From Selaginella moellendorffii (taxonomy: Eukaryota; Plantae; Lycopodiophyta), in the NCBI RefSeq assembly GCF_000143415.4, contig NW_003314315.1, positions 690,653-754,652 on the forward strand: a stretch of DNA of 64,000 bases, read 5' to 3'. The translations under genes were made by a program, and so were the position numbers. Positions 11,332 to 23,662 of the stretch are shown piece by piece (position 1 is the first letter of the stretch; each line of letters begins with the position of its first letter). The notes under the pieces are model-generated. The model made no database searches, was not told the DNA's origin, and saw only the letters and a list, made by a program, of their open reading frames with translations.

Positions 11332-12579
11332 TGTAACGCACCTTATCTCTCTCCCTTAAGCCAACTAAAAAAGGGGCAATTGCTTGATGAGAGAGCTCTT
11401 AGTGGCTATTTTATCCCTATTTATCCCCCAAGGTTCTAAGGATCCACAGTGACAGTATATCTAAATCTCATCCCATGATCACATGCGCTACACTCACCCC
11501 CCCTTTAGAGATGTTAATATCCTCATTGACTATTGATTAACAACCCCTACTAAGCCCCCTTTAGAGATGTTAATATCCTCATTGACTATTGATTAACAAC
11601 CCCTACTAAGCCAAGGGGAACCAACACCTCCATTTCCGCACTAAATTTACCAATCCTTCCATTGTGTAGACTAGTTATTCCATGTGAGGCAACTAGTCAT
11701 TCACACGTACCACAGTCTCACGGTGGATACTTTTGCCCGTGGATACTCCACACAAGAGGAAGGACGTACGCATGGATGCCCAATACGTACGATTTCAAAT
11801 TTAGGGGTAAGAATATACCTTGCTCAAGGGTATATTATATTTTTAAGTAGCCACTAATAAATGGGAATCGAACCTATGCCATTTGCTCCAATACCAACTA
11901 TAGCGCACCTTATCTCTTTCCTCTTAAGCCAACTAAAAAAGGGGCAAGCTTCAAGACCACGCTTCTGCTGCGCCACTCTGATTTCGCGCGTTCCATGAAC
12001 CATTTACATTTGGCCTTTCTAGGTACTAAGCCTATCTAAATCTCATCCCATGATCACATGCGCTACACTCACCCCCCCTTCAGAGATGTCAATGTCCTCA
12101 TTGACTATTGACTAACAACCCTTACTGAGCCAAGGGGAACCAACACCTCCATTTCCGCACTGAATCTATCAATCCTTTCATTGTGTAGACTAGCTATTCC
12201 ATGTGAGGTAACTAATCATTCACCCGTACCGCAGTCCCACGGTGGATACCTTCGTCCGTGGATACTCCACACAAGAGGAAGGACATACGCATGGATCCCC
12301 AATATGTACGATTTCAAATTTAGGGGTAGGAATATACCTTGCTCAAGGGTATATTATATTTTTAAGTAGCCACTAATCAATGGGAATCGAACCCGTGCCA
12401 TTTGCTCCAATACCAACTATAGCACACTTTATCTCTCTCCCCTTAAGCCAACTGGAAAAGGGGCAATTGTTTGATGAGAGAGCCTTTAGTGGCTATTTTA
12501 TCCCCATTTATCCCCCAAAGTTTCAAGGATCCACGGTGACAGTATATCCAAATCTCATCCCATGATCATATGCGCTACA
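11332..12579 (-). mobile_element. Tandem TRIM: three ~160-bp LTRs and two non-coding internal regions
   Basis: LTRs at 11332-11492, 11899-12067 and 12418-12579. Each internal region has a PBS (tggtattggagc) and a PPT (agggggggtgag) on the minus strand. No matching TSD. Confidence 0.88.
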
Positions 12580-13717
12580 AAAGAGAAGTTGAGGAAGGCT
12601 CTCGTGTTGGCGTTACCAGACTTTGGTAAGGACTTTGAGGTAGAAACGGATGCTTCGGACTTTGTGTTGGGTGCAGTTTTGAAGCAAGACAACCATCTAG
12701 TAGCGTTCTTCTCAAAGAAGTTGAACAAGGCTTAACAGAAGTGGCCTGCCCATGCGAAGGAATTGTTTGCAATGGTCAAGATGCTCAAGGAGTGGTGACA
12801 CTACCTTGGGAAACACTTCAAGGTTTACACGGACAATATGGCAACGAAACACTTCTTGTCACAGCCCAACTTGAGAGGGAAACAGGATCGGTGGGCCAAT
12901 GCTTTGGCCAAGTTTGATTGCGAAATTCTGTACAAGCATGAGAAGAGCAACATCGTGGTGGATGCGCTAAGTCAAAAAGCGAGCTTGAAGTTGGCGATAT
13001 CCAGCACAACAGCAACCTTTTGGGATGATGTGCAGATAGCATATGAGAATGATAGTCTAGCACAAGAAGTGTTGCTAAGGAATCTAGAAGCACAGGAAGC
13101 TCACCAAAGAGGTGAGCTGCCAACAGAAGAGAAAACGGGCTATGTAGAATGCAATGGACTCATCTATTACAAGTAAACAAGGGTGTATGTTCCAAAAGGG
13201 GAACTAAGGAAGGTAGCCTTAGAAGAGTGTCATGACAGACCTCTTGCAGGACACGGCAGAGTGCCCAAGATGATGGGCTTACTCAAGAGGAAGTACCATT
13301 GGCCAGATATGGCTAAGGACGTCCAAGACTATGTAAAGACATGTCCAACATGTCAGCAGATCAAAGGCGTGATTAAGGCCAGTGGGGGCTTGTTACAAAG
13401 CATCCCAATTCTAGATCGTCCGTGGAAATGTCTTACAATGGACTTCATCACGGGACTCCCCCCAAGTGAGGGGTTTGATGCGATATTCGTGGTGGTGGAC
13501 CGATTTTCGAAGATGGCACATTTCATACCCACCACAACAGAAGTGGATGCGGAATGTGTGGCAAAGCTATTCTTTGAACAAGTGGTTCGAGTGTGGGGAA
13601 GGCCAGAGGAGATCATCTCAAATCGGGATAAGATCTTCACCAGCAGGTTCTGGAGAACTCTCCTAAAACAGTATCGCACCAAGTTGAAATTCAACATAGC
13701 CTATCACCCACAGACAG

Positions 13718-13764
13718 GTATTGGGTATTAAGTTAAGTTGGATGGCACTAACACTTCTTGACAG
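13718..13764 (+). other. 47-nt GT-AG intron in the gypsy integrase
   Basis: cag|GTATTG...CACTAAC..ttcttgaCAG|at. Removal restores the conserved HPQTDG(Q)TER motif in frame. Confidence 0.9.
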
Positions 13765-14182
13765 ATGGATAAACAGAAAGGGTAAATAGGCAGTTGGAGG
13801 ATTATTTGCGAAGCTATGTCTCCGGAGACTAGATTGATTGGGTAAGTCATTTGGGACTTGTGGAAATGTGCTATAACAACTCACCACACTCAAGTATCGG
13901 GGTGAGTCCATGGGAAGTCATCAATGGGCGAGCTATTGAAGGTCTTGTGGAACTCGGCATGGCCGAGTATCATAGAGAGTTACCCGCAGTGGAGGCATTC
14001 ACAGTGGAAAGACTCAACATTTGGAATCTAGTGAGGGATTCCTTGGAACAAGCTCAACAAAGGCAAACCAAGTATGCGAATCAGAAGCGTTAGGACGTAA
14101 AGTTCCAACTTGGGGAGAAGGTGTGGCTGAACACCAAGAACTTAAGGCTACCAAGTGGGATTAGCCAAAAGTTGACTCAAAG

Positions 14183-14233
14183 GTAAGATGCATGTATTCT
14201 TGGAAATGAACTAATCTTGAGTTCCTTAAGCAG
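14183..14233 (+). other. 51-nt GT-AG intron in the gypsy integrase C-terminal (GPY/F) region
   Basis: aag|GTAAGA...ACTAAT...ttaagCAG|g. Removal restores KLTQRFVGPYEI; retention gives an immediate TAA. Confidence 0.9.
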
Positions 14234-14293
14234 GTTTGTGGGGCCTTACGAGATTGAGGCACAAATCGGTAAAGTGGCTTACCATCTCCGACT

Positions 14294-14716
14294 NNNNNNN
14301 NNNNNNNNNNNNNNNNNNNNNNNNNNNNNNNNNNNNNNNNNNNNNNNNNNNNNNNNNNNNNNNNNNNNNNNNNNNNNNNNNNNNNNNNNNNNNNNNNNNN
14401 NNNNNNNNNNNNNNNNNNNNNNNNNNNNNNNNNNNNNNNNNNNNNNNNNNNNNNNNNNNNNNNNNNNNNNNNNNNNNNNNNNNNNNNNNNNNNNNNNNNN
14501 NNNNNNNNNNNNNNNNNNNNNNNNNNNNNNNNNNNNNNNNNNNNNNNNNNNNNNNNNNNNNNNNNNNNNNNNNNNNNNNNNNNNNNNNNNNNNNNNNNNN
14601 NNNNNNNNNNNNNNNNNNNNNNNNNNNNNNNNNNNNNNNNNNNNNNNNNNNNNNNNNNNNNNNNNNNNNNNNNNNNNNNNNNNNNNNNNNNNNNNNNNNN
14701 NNNNNNNNNNNNNNNN
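14294..14716. other. Assembly gap
   Basis: Run of N. Confidence 1.
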
Positions 14717-15156
14717 GGAGACTACACTCAACTCCCCACGAGGATGTCGAATCCGTAGACATATTCTACAGAGGTTGGGTTCGAGTCCCAACCCCCTAGT
14801 AAAGCAAGGCTGGGTTCAAGTCCCAACCCCATACTAGGGCATGGTGGGGTGAGGGGTATAGGGACACCTATATTCTGTTGTTATGGGCTCTTGGCTGGGG
14901 AGGCTAACTTAGGCACACCGCTAAGTGGGGGGATGCCCCTAAAGACATGGTTAACAAGTCATAGGATTAAAAAAAGACGTTCGATGTGGGCATCAAATTT
15001 CTTTTATGGGTGGTGGAGTTGTAAGGAACCAACTCCCTGAGGTGTTGTAGGCTAAAGGATCCCCGAAAGCATGACCGAAATGATAAAGAGTTCATCGGAT
15101 GGGACCGAGTCTGAGATCGAGTCCAAAACCGACTTTGAGACCAAGTTCGAGATTGA

Positions 15157-18100
15157 TGTGAGACACAAAATCCCTAGACCCCAAAGTGGAGCCGGAAGGT
15201 TGCCACGTGGTAGTGGCCGAAGCGAAAGCCAAACGAACGTAACACGTTTGGACTAAAAGCTCCAACTTGAAAGGTCGACAGCGGGAGTGGAACTCCTAAC
15301 AAAGGGCTTGAGGAACAAGCACGAAGCGAGCAATAAGTGAGACTCCAAAAAGGCACCCAAAAGGACCAACACATGACACGTGGAAGTGTCCGAGATGGAG
15401 TCCGAGATGGACCTGAGTTGGAGTCCCAGATGGAGTCCGAGGTGGAGTTCGAGGTGGAGTTCGAGATGGAGTCCGAGATGGACCAAGACGGAGTCCGAGA
15501 TGGAGTCCGAGGTGGAGTCCAAGATGGAGTCTGAAGTGGAGTCCTAGATGGACTCAGACGGAGTCCGAGATGGAGTCCGAGATGGAGTTCGAGATGGACC
15601 GAGACGGAGTCTGAGATGGAGTCCGAAATGGACCGGAACGGAGTCCGAGATGGACCTGAGATGGAATTCGAGATGGAGTCCGAGAAGGACCTGAGATGGA
15701 GTTTGAGGTCGAGACCGAGACCGGGACCGAGACCGGGACTGAGACCGAGACCGAGATCGAGACCGGGACCAAGACCGAGACCGAGGCGGAGGCCGAGACC
15801 GAGCTCGAGCCCGAGTCCGAGTCCGAGTCTGAGTCCGAGGCCGAGTCCGAGTCCGAGTCCGAGTCTGAGTCCGAGTCCGAGTCTAAGTTTGAGTTTGAGT
15901 CTGAGAGGGTGAAAGCCCAAAGCGTTCATCTCCCAGACCCTGGGGGGTTTGGTGAGCTCCAAAAGTATAGTAAGGGGGAGGACTGCAGTGGAGCCAATTT
16001 AGCCAAGAAAGGCCAGTTTGGCCCAAGAAGGCCAAACCCAGTGTTGGGTGATGAATTGATCACTGGGAAGTCCAAGACTAGAGTGAATACGGACCGACAA
16101 GTGGGGTAGCTTAGTGAAGTGTTCAAGAGCTGGCTCTAGTTCCCCCGGGAGATCGATTGGCCGATACTCCCAGTCCAAGTGTGGGTGGCACTACCTACTT
16201 GGATACTAGGCGTGGCTCAACGAAACCTCGCTCTAAACCCATGGCTAGAGCATCTAAAGGCGGAAGGTGGGGAGAGTACCCACGGGGCTCGCGTAGGCCC
16301 ACGGTGTTCCGAAATGTTGCCCCGGAGTCCCAAATGGGGGAAAGGAGGAGGAGCAGTCCTCTAGTGTAGTGACTAAGGATACAGTCACATGGTGAGGAAG
16401 TCCCAGAGGACCATGGGACTTAGTGGTCGGGCCTGTGGGCCTTGATCTAGTGGCAGTGTCGATGGACATGGCCATGGACAGAAAAGGGACTTGGTAGGAA
16501 CTGAAAAAGGGATATTGGGGAAGGTTATTCCCTATGTCTGTAGGCATCCTAAGGATGCTAAGGAGTGGATCTGGGTTGACCACTCGTGGACGGATGGCCT
16601 AGTCTTGGAGAGATGGGATTGTGATGTAAGTGGTATTGGACCACTAGTGCGGCAAAGGTGAATGAGCATGGCCTTAATGTAACGGGCCGATATGTCAGTG
16701 GTACCTTTGGGTGTCAGTCTTGGGACCAGACACGTGGAGCACTTGGACCAAGTGCAACGGTTGAGTGGCACGGGGGCCATTCTTGGGGCTAGCAAGTCCC
16801 CAAGTCTGGAATAGGATTTATGGAGGTTGTGAGTGAGACTCCTCCAAGTGGTCGGAGGTGTGGTTAAGTGACTAAAGTAGAATGGAAACTTTAGTCGCTT
16901 ACAACTTGGTATCGAAACTGTTCCTTAGTCCAACTTTTATTGGTGCTCAAGTATACCACCATTGATATTGGCATCGGAAGGTCCTAGGAGTGGGCCTATC
17001 CTTAAGGAGTAGCATGTTGAGAGGACATGGCTCTCCACTCAAGTTCATGCGTGAACTTGGGTGCGATGTGGTGGATAGAAAAGGGGCCAGTAAGGGAACG
17101 ACTTTGGGATCTTGGGAACAGTATAAGGGTTTCCTCAGAGAGTTGAGGATGTGATTTAGATGAGCGTTTGACTTAGCAAACTGGCTGATGTAGTTGTGGT
17201 AAACAACTACAGTTGGGATCACGAGAAAGATGCAGACTCCAAAATAATAAAGGAGTCACAAGATAATCCGCACATAGTTGAGGCTGGTGCTCATGAATTT
17301 GAAACCGTAATTGATGACCATGAGAGGTCAAGTACGGATGAGGGCAAGAGCCCTTGAAATGGTAGTTGGGGCTATCTTTTATAAATGCTGGAACGAACCC
17401 AAGGAGTTGAGGGTGTGCTCAAAGAATGAGTCAGCATTCTCATCATGGGGACGGATAGTCCTAAGGGGCAAAAGGCAGCCCACAGAGAACGGGAAATAAT
17501 GAAGTGTTAGAGTAACACTTGCAAGATGGTCCTTATGAGTAGGACATGAATACATGAAGTTGTATTCGAGTGAGCTGGCACCTCAAAAATAGAACCTTAT
17601 GGGTCGTTGGTTTAGTGAAGTCCAAAAATGCTGGATGACTCAAGTAGGGTCAAAGAATGGTCCTAAGGGATTGGTTGAAGCATTTAGACTGAGGTGTATG
17701 CTGCCCCATGAGGTATGGGGAGGATCATAAGATCCAAGTATGAGAACAGGAGATATTTCATTGATGGCAGAATGTGCCATACTAAAGTTGTGGGAAAGAT
17801 GTTCCCAGAAAAAAGCAACTTTGGCCCAGAGTTGGGGACAAACATTATAGTGCGGTGCTAACGGATAGTTAGCATGAGGCACAACTATATTGGTCTTGGC
17901 AAAGACCTAGACACTAATAAGTAGTGTCATAAGGATAGGCTCATGGGGCCAATGGTGTGGAGATACCAAATGTGCCAAAGTGTGATACCTTAAGGTTATG
18001 TTGGTGGGTTCATAAGAACCCCTTGCCAAAGGGAATCCCAAAGGAAATGGGAATGGTATAGCATAAGTTGGAAGGCATGTGGTAGAGTGGGGTGACCAAA

Positions 18101-21100
18101 ACAATTATGGAGGTGTAGAAGCACCAACAATGAGTTGTAGAACTTGACAACTATGAGGCAACTAAGCAAAAGGTGCAAGATAATTGGTCAAACTAGTAGA
18201 AGGTAGTTACCCAAGATTTCTTAATGGCATAAAGAAGTTAGATATACCCTTACGAGGGATAAATTGCTTATGTTGCGATATAGTAAGTCAATGTCATAAA
18301 AGGGAATGCTCATTGTCAAACAGGCCATCATTTGGGACACCAAAACACTCTAGGACACCGGGAGGTGGTGTTTGATGTCGCGAGGGCAATAGATAAAGCC
18401 CAAGGGAATAAGTCCCTAGCGAATGATGGATAGAAGGTGCTATTCAAATGTCCAAGGTTGCGGAGACGGGAGAAGACTGTCAACCCAAATTGGACAAAGC
18501 CAAAGATGGAATTTTGGCAAGGCTAGTGATGGGCATATAAAGGCACATAAGCAACAACATTAATCCTGGTGTGTGGGATTATAAGGTGAGCATACCTGGA
18601 TTGAGGAACCACTCCCTAGGCTATTGGGTAGGTTCATCCCTAAGAATACTTGCTAAGGCATGATAGAAAGTGCGAAGCTATCCTCCTAGTTTGGAGGAGA
18701 ATGACCGAAGGAAAGGTGTGAAGCCAAAAGCAAGTAGTAAGGGGATAAAACCAAATTATAGAAATCGAAGGGCATAACCAAGGGTGGTTATGCCAATTGA
18801 GAGTGGAGAATCAAGTGGGGGCTCGAGGGTGTTGTTGCTAGCAACTGTGATGCCATGAAGAGTCTAAAATATGGAATTGTCTATACTAGACTATATGGCA
18901 ACTAGAAAGCTTGCGAAAAGGGAGGCCTTAGCAAACTAAGGGACAAAGTTTCTTCAAGGTTCCCAAAGACGATTCTAGGTAGCTTAGTACCTAGAAAGGC
19001 CAAGTGTAAATGGTTCATGGAACGCGCGAAACCAGAGTGGCGCAGCAAGAAGCATGGTCTTGAAGCTTGCCATGAGGCAAGGCTATCAAGGTTAGGGAAG
19101 TAGTTCCCAAGTGTTCAAAGAGAGGGCTTTGAATAAAGGTCGATGGTCAAGGACTTTCACGCATATGCAGGAACCATGTTACGGTGGTCGGAGGACTTGC
19201 CAAGCGAGATTGGCAAGACGGGGGAACAAATACCCGAGTTGAAGGTGATAACTTCAAAAGGGTGGGCCAGGGGGCCAAGCATGGAGGAGTCCATGCATGA
19301 TCACAGACATGTCAAGTGAGAAGACTTGGTAGTGTGGAGGAACTAGGTTCCTAAGCTGTGATCTATAGCGCGCTTTAAATATAAGTTGGTGCACCGGCGT
19401 GGGGAGTCACGCCAGGCATCCAGGGTGATGCCGTCTGTAGATGCATATACGGAGGTTGGGTTCGAGTCCCAACCCTCTAGTGCTTGGGTTAGAGTCCCAA
19501 ATCACTAGGGCGTGGTGATGGTTTGGAATATGAGGACACTCATATTTCGGTGGTCATAGACTCTCAATGAGGAGACTGGTTTGGGCACACTGCCAAGCGA
19601 GGGATGCCTCGGAGTCATGATGCACAGTTAGATTGCTTAGAGTGAAAGCTCGGCATATCTAACTTGAACACTTTGGTGCAAAGGGCACCAAGGACGTGGT
19701 GAATGAGATGGGGACACCCAGTCTTAGTTGCTATGGATCCTTGGCCGGAAGGGCTGGCTTGGGCGCACCGCCAAGTGTGGGGGATGCCCCCGGGGTCATA
19801 GTCAACAACTTAGAAGAGTCTGGAAGACCTAGTTCCTATTGGTAGACCTATTAAGGGGTCAAGATGATATCACTAGGTGATCTTGTGGCTAAACAAGGAC
19901 AAGGTCTTTGTTTGGGTTAAGGGATATGATTCCTAATTCAAAGTGTTAATTTGAACTATTGATAATGGTGTGGCTTGGTCAAGGTGACCAAGTGGGAAGA
20001 ACACCTATGGGAAATGAGCTATATCACTGCTATGGCATAGAAAGTTTGAAGAAAGTAGTCTCTATAAGAGATCCGAGGGTCTCAAAAGTTAGACCATGGA
20101 TAGAGCCCACAGTAGAAAATGCTAAAGAGACGTACTAGGGGTGAACACCCTCTGGACCTGGCAAAGCAAAGTGTTTGCTTGGAACTGAAAGGAAACCTCG
20201 AAAGTGGAAGTAGCGATCCTATGTTGCTGGGTGCAACAATCAAGGATAGGAGCAAAAGACTAGTGGCTAAGAAAAAAGCCATGGGAATCATGAGAAAGAA
20301 TCCAAATGGCAAAGTTAGGCCAAGAACACTAATGTGTTGGGTGCTAACAGATTGTGGGAAAGGCAATATTTCCCCAAGGGTGGATTCCCAACCGCTCCAA
20401 TTTGGCAAAAGTGGATGCTCCAAAGGGGGGAGCGGTAAGGTAGCCAAATAATAGGGCCATGGGTAGCCCTAGCACCAATTATGATAACTGGAACTTAGTG
20501 CCAAAGGTGGCACGATATCGAAGAAAGGATGATAGTACCCTCAATTTAAGAACTTCCTAGGATAAGGAAGTGGAGTTGCACCATGTGCAACGTAAGGTAT
20601 CGAAGACATCTAGGAAATTGACTGTGAGAAGTCAAAGTTAAAAGTTCCAAGTGCAAAGGTTATGTCCATGGAATCTGAGACTACTCGAGAATGAGTAGTG
20701 GAATTGAGTTAGAGAGGGTGTCTCTAACCGGTTTAGCGGGAACTAAACCAATAAAAGGGAGCAAACCACCCCAGGTGGTCGAGTGAGTCTCTAGGTTGGA
20801 GAGACTATGCTCCTTAGAGGATGGACAAGTCATGGTGAGCCTTCGGTGTCAAACCATAGACAAATATTGGCTGGGTGCCAAGGATGGAAATGGTAATACA
20901 TGCGGATGTTACTTTATAAAAGAGTTTACTGTTCGATGAGGACATCGAACTTCGTCTATGGGTGGTGGAGTTGTGAGACACAAAATCCCTAGGCCCCAAA
21001 GTGGAGCCGGAAGGGTGCCACGTGGTAATGGCCGAAGCGAAAGCCAAACGAGCGTAACACGTTTGGACTAAAAGCTCCAACTTGAAAGGTCGAGAGCGGG

Positions 21101-21571
21101 AGTGGAACTCCCAACAAAGGGCTCAAGGAACAAGCACAAAGTGAGCAATAAGCAAGACTCCAAAAAGGCACCCAAAAGGACCAACACATGACACGTGGAA
21201 GTGTTCGAGATGGAGTCTGAGATGGACCTGAGTTGGAGTCCGAGATGGAGTCCGAGGTGGAGTCCAAGATGGAGTCCAAGATGGAGTCCGAAGTGGAGTC
21301 CGAGATGGACTCAGATGGAGTCCGAGATGGACTCAGATGGAGTCCGAGATGGACTTCGAGATGGACCGAGATGGAGTCCGAGATGGAGTCTGAGATGGAC
21401 CGGGACGGAGTCCGAGATGGAGTCCAAGATGGACCCGAGATGGAATTCAAGATGGAGTCCGAGAAGGACCCGAGATGGAGTCCGAGGTCGAGACCGGGAC
21501 CGAGACCGAGACCGAGACCGGGACCAAGACCGAGGCCGAGACCAAGGCCGAGACCGAGTCCGAGCCCGAGT

Positions 21572-21612
<41 letters not shown>

Positions 21613-22711
21613 GCCGAGTCCGAGTCCGAGTCCGAGTCCGAGTCCGAGTCCGAGTCCGAGTCCGAGTCCGAGTCCGAGTCCGAGTCCGAGTCCGAGTCCG
21701 AGTTCGAGTCTGAGAGGGTGAAAGCCCAAAGCGTTCGTCTCCCAGACCCTAGGGGGTTTGGTGAGCTCCAAATGTATAGTAAGGGGGAGGACTGCAGTGG
21801 AGCCAGTTTGGCCAGGAAAGGCCAGTTTGGCCCAGGAAAGGCTAAACCCAGTGTTGGGTGATGAACTGACCACTGGGAAGTCCAAGACTAGAGTGAATAC
21901 GGACCGACAAGCGGGGTAGCTGTGAAGTGTTCAAGAGCTGGCTCTAGTTCCCTCGGGAGATCGACTGGCCGATGCTCCCAGTCCAATTGTGGGTGGCACT
22001 ACCTACTTGGATACCAGGCATGGCTCAACGGAACCTCGCTCTAAGCCCATGGCTAGAGCACCTAAAGGCGGAAGGTGGGGAGAGTACCCACGGGGCTCGC
22101 GTAGGCCCACGGTGTTCTGAAATGTTGCCCCGGAGTCCCAAATGGGGGAAAGGAGGAGGAGCAGTCCTCTAGTGTAGTGACTAAGGATACAGTCACATGG
22201 TGAGGAAGTCCTAGAGGACCATGGGACTTAGTGGTCGGGCCTGTGGGCCTTGATCTAGTGGTAGTGTCGACGGACATGGCCATGGACAGAAAAGGGACTT
22301 GGTAGGAACTGAAAAAGGGATATTGGGGAAGGCTATTCCCCATGTCTGTAGGCATCCTAAGGATGCTAAGGAGTGGATCTGGGTTGACCACTTGTCGACG
22401 GATGGCCTAGTCTTGGAGAGACAGGATTGTGATGCAAGTGGTATTGGACCACTAGTGCCGCAAAGGTGAATGGGTATGGCCTTAGCATAATGGGCCGATA
22501 TGTCAGTGGTACTTTTGGGTGTCAATCTTGGGACTAGACACGTGGAGCACTTGGACCAAGTGCAACGGTTGAGTGGCACGGGGGCCATTCTTGGGGCTAG
22601 CAAGTCCCCAAGTCCGGAATAGGATTTATGGAGGTTGTGAGTGAGAATCCTCCAAGCCATTGAAAGTGTGGTTAAGTGACTAAAGTAGAATGGAAAATTT
22701 AGTCGTTTACA
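15157..22711 (+). mobile_element. Full-length non-autonomous LTR element (LARD-type), family A, nested in the 3' LTR of gypsy B
   Basis: LTRs 15157-16903 and 20972-22711, TSD ATTGA on both sides, PBS tggtatcg after the 5' LTR, PPT gggtggtggag. The ~4-kb internal region has no recognisable gag/pol. Confidence 0.92.
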
Positions 22712-23053
22712 ATTGAGTCCGGGATCGAGTCTGAAGCTGACTTGGAGACCGAGTTTGAGATAGATTCGAGATTAGGTCCGAAGTTGAGTCCGAGATTGGG
22801 TCCGAGATCGAGTCCGAGACCGAGTCCGAAGTCGGGTCCAAGATGGAGTCCGAGTCCGAGATCAAGTCTGAGACCGAGTCCACGTACTAATACAGGTCAA
22901 GGGGTGAAAGCCCAAAGCATGTGTCTCCCCGGGGGGGGGGGGGGGGGGGCCTTAAGGGTACTTCTCATTTTTTTCTGGCTAAAGGGGTCTACGAAACAAT
23001 TCTATGAGAAACAACACATCTTATCTTCAAAGTGTACTCCACGTAAATCCCGA

Positions 23054-23466
23054 NNNNNNNNNNNNNNNNNNNNNNNNNNNNNNNNNNNNNNNNNNNNNNN
23101 NNNNNNNNNNNNNNNNNNNNNNNNNNNNNNNNNNNNNNNNNNNNNNNNNNNNNNNNNNNNNNNNNNNNNNNNNNNNNNNNNNNNNNNNNNNNNNNNNNNN
23201 NNNNNNNNNNNNNNNNNNNNNNNNNNNNNNNNNNNNNNNNNNNNNNNNNNNNNNNNNNNNNNNNNNNNNNNNNNNNNNNNNNNNNNNNNNNNNNNNNNNN
23301 NNNNNNNNNNNNNNNNNNNNNNNNNNNNNNNNNNNNNNNNNNNNNNNNNNNNNNNNNNNNNNNNNNNNNNNNNNNNNNNNNNNNNNNNNNNNNNNNNNNN
23401 NNNNNNNNNNNNNNNNNNNNNNNNNNNNNNNNNNNNNNNNNNNNNNNNNNNNNNNNNNNNNNNNNN
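23054..23466. other. Assembly gap
   Basis: Run of N. Confidence 1.
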
Positions 23467-23662
23467 GAGATTTGGGAATCCATGGATGAATAGCTAACGC
23501 TCCATTGCTCGTGCAATGAGTAACTGAAACCAAGTAGGACCAAGTAGGAGCTAGCACCATAGGCGGAAACCTTGGCAAGGGAACTTATCTAAAGTCAAGG
23601 CAGTGTTGGTTGGATAGACGAAGTAAGCTAGCAAATTAGAAAGGAAAAATTTATAGCTTATA

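Larger units (their letters stand above)
12580..14293 (+). pseudogene. pol: Gypsy B RNase H and integrase with two spliceosomal introns; runs into a gap
   Basis: VLALPDFGKDFEVETDASDF; HHCC region (HDRPLAGH..CPTCQ); TMDFITGLP; VVDRFSKMAHF; HPQT^DG*TERVN; KLTQR^FVGPYEI..IGKVAYHL (^ marks an intron). Confidence 0.92.
8142..23662 (+). mobile_element. Ty3/gypsy LTR retrotransposon, family B (main body, with nested insertions; start of its 5' LTR displaced to 50947-51188)
   Basis: LTR remainder 8142-8995 ending ttaca, PBS, gag-pro-RT start, RNase H-integrase, PPT gggtggtggag, and 3' LTR 15020-23662 interrupted by a LARD and a gap. TSD GTGGT at 23663-23667 is matched at 51189-51193 on the minus strand. 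Continuity crosses two N gaps. Confidence 0.85.

Noticed and set aside
14217-14837. ORFs spanning N runs (also 22742-23578 and 59267-59524)
   Set aside because: Artefacts of assembly gaps.
19031-19475. A tRNA gene or SINE built from the tRNA-iMet fragment and the B-box hairpin
   Set aside because: Only ~27 nt of tRNA are present and the two boxes are ~420 bp apart; no cloverleaf.
22950-23053. Divergent sequence after the poly-G tract in the 3' LTR of gypsy B
   Set aside because: It follows a homopolymer and abuts a gap, so it is probably low-quality read end.
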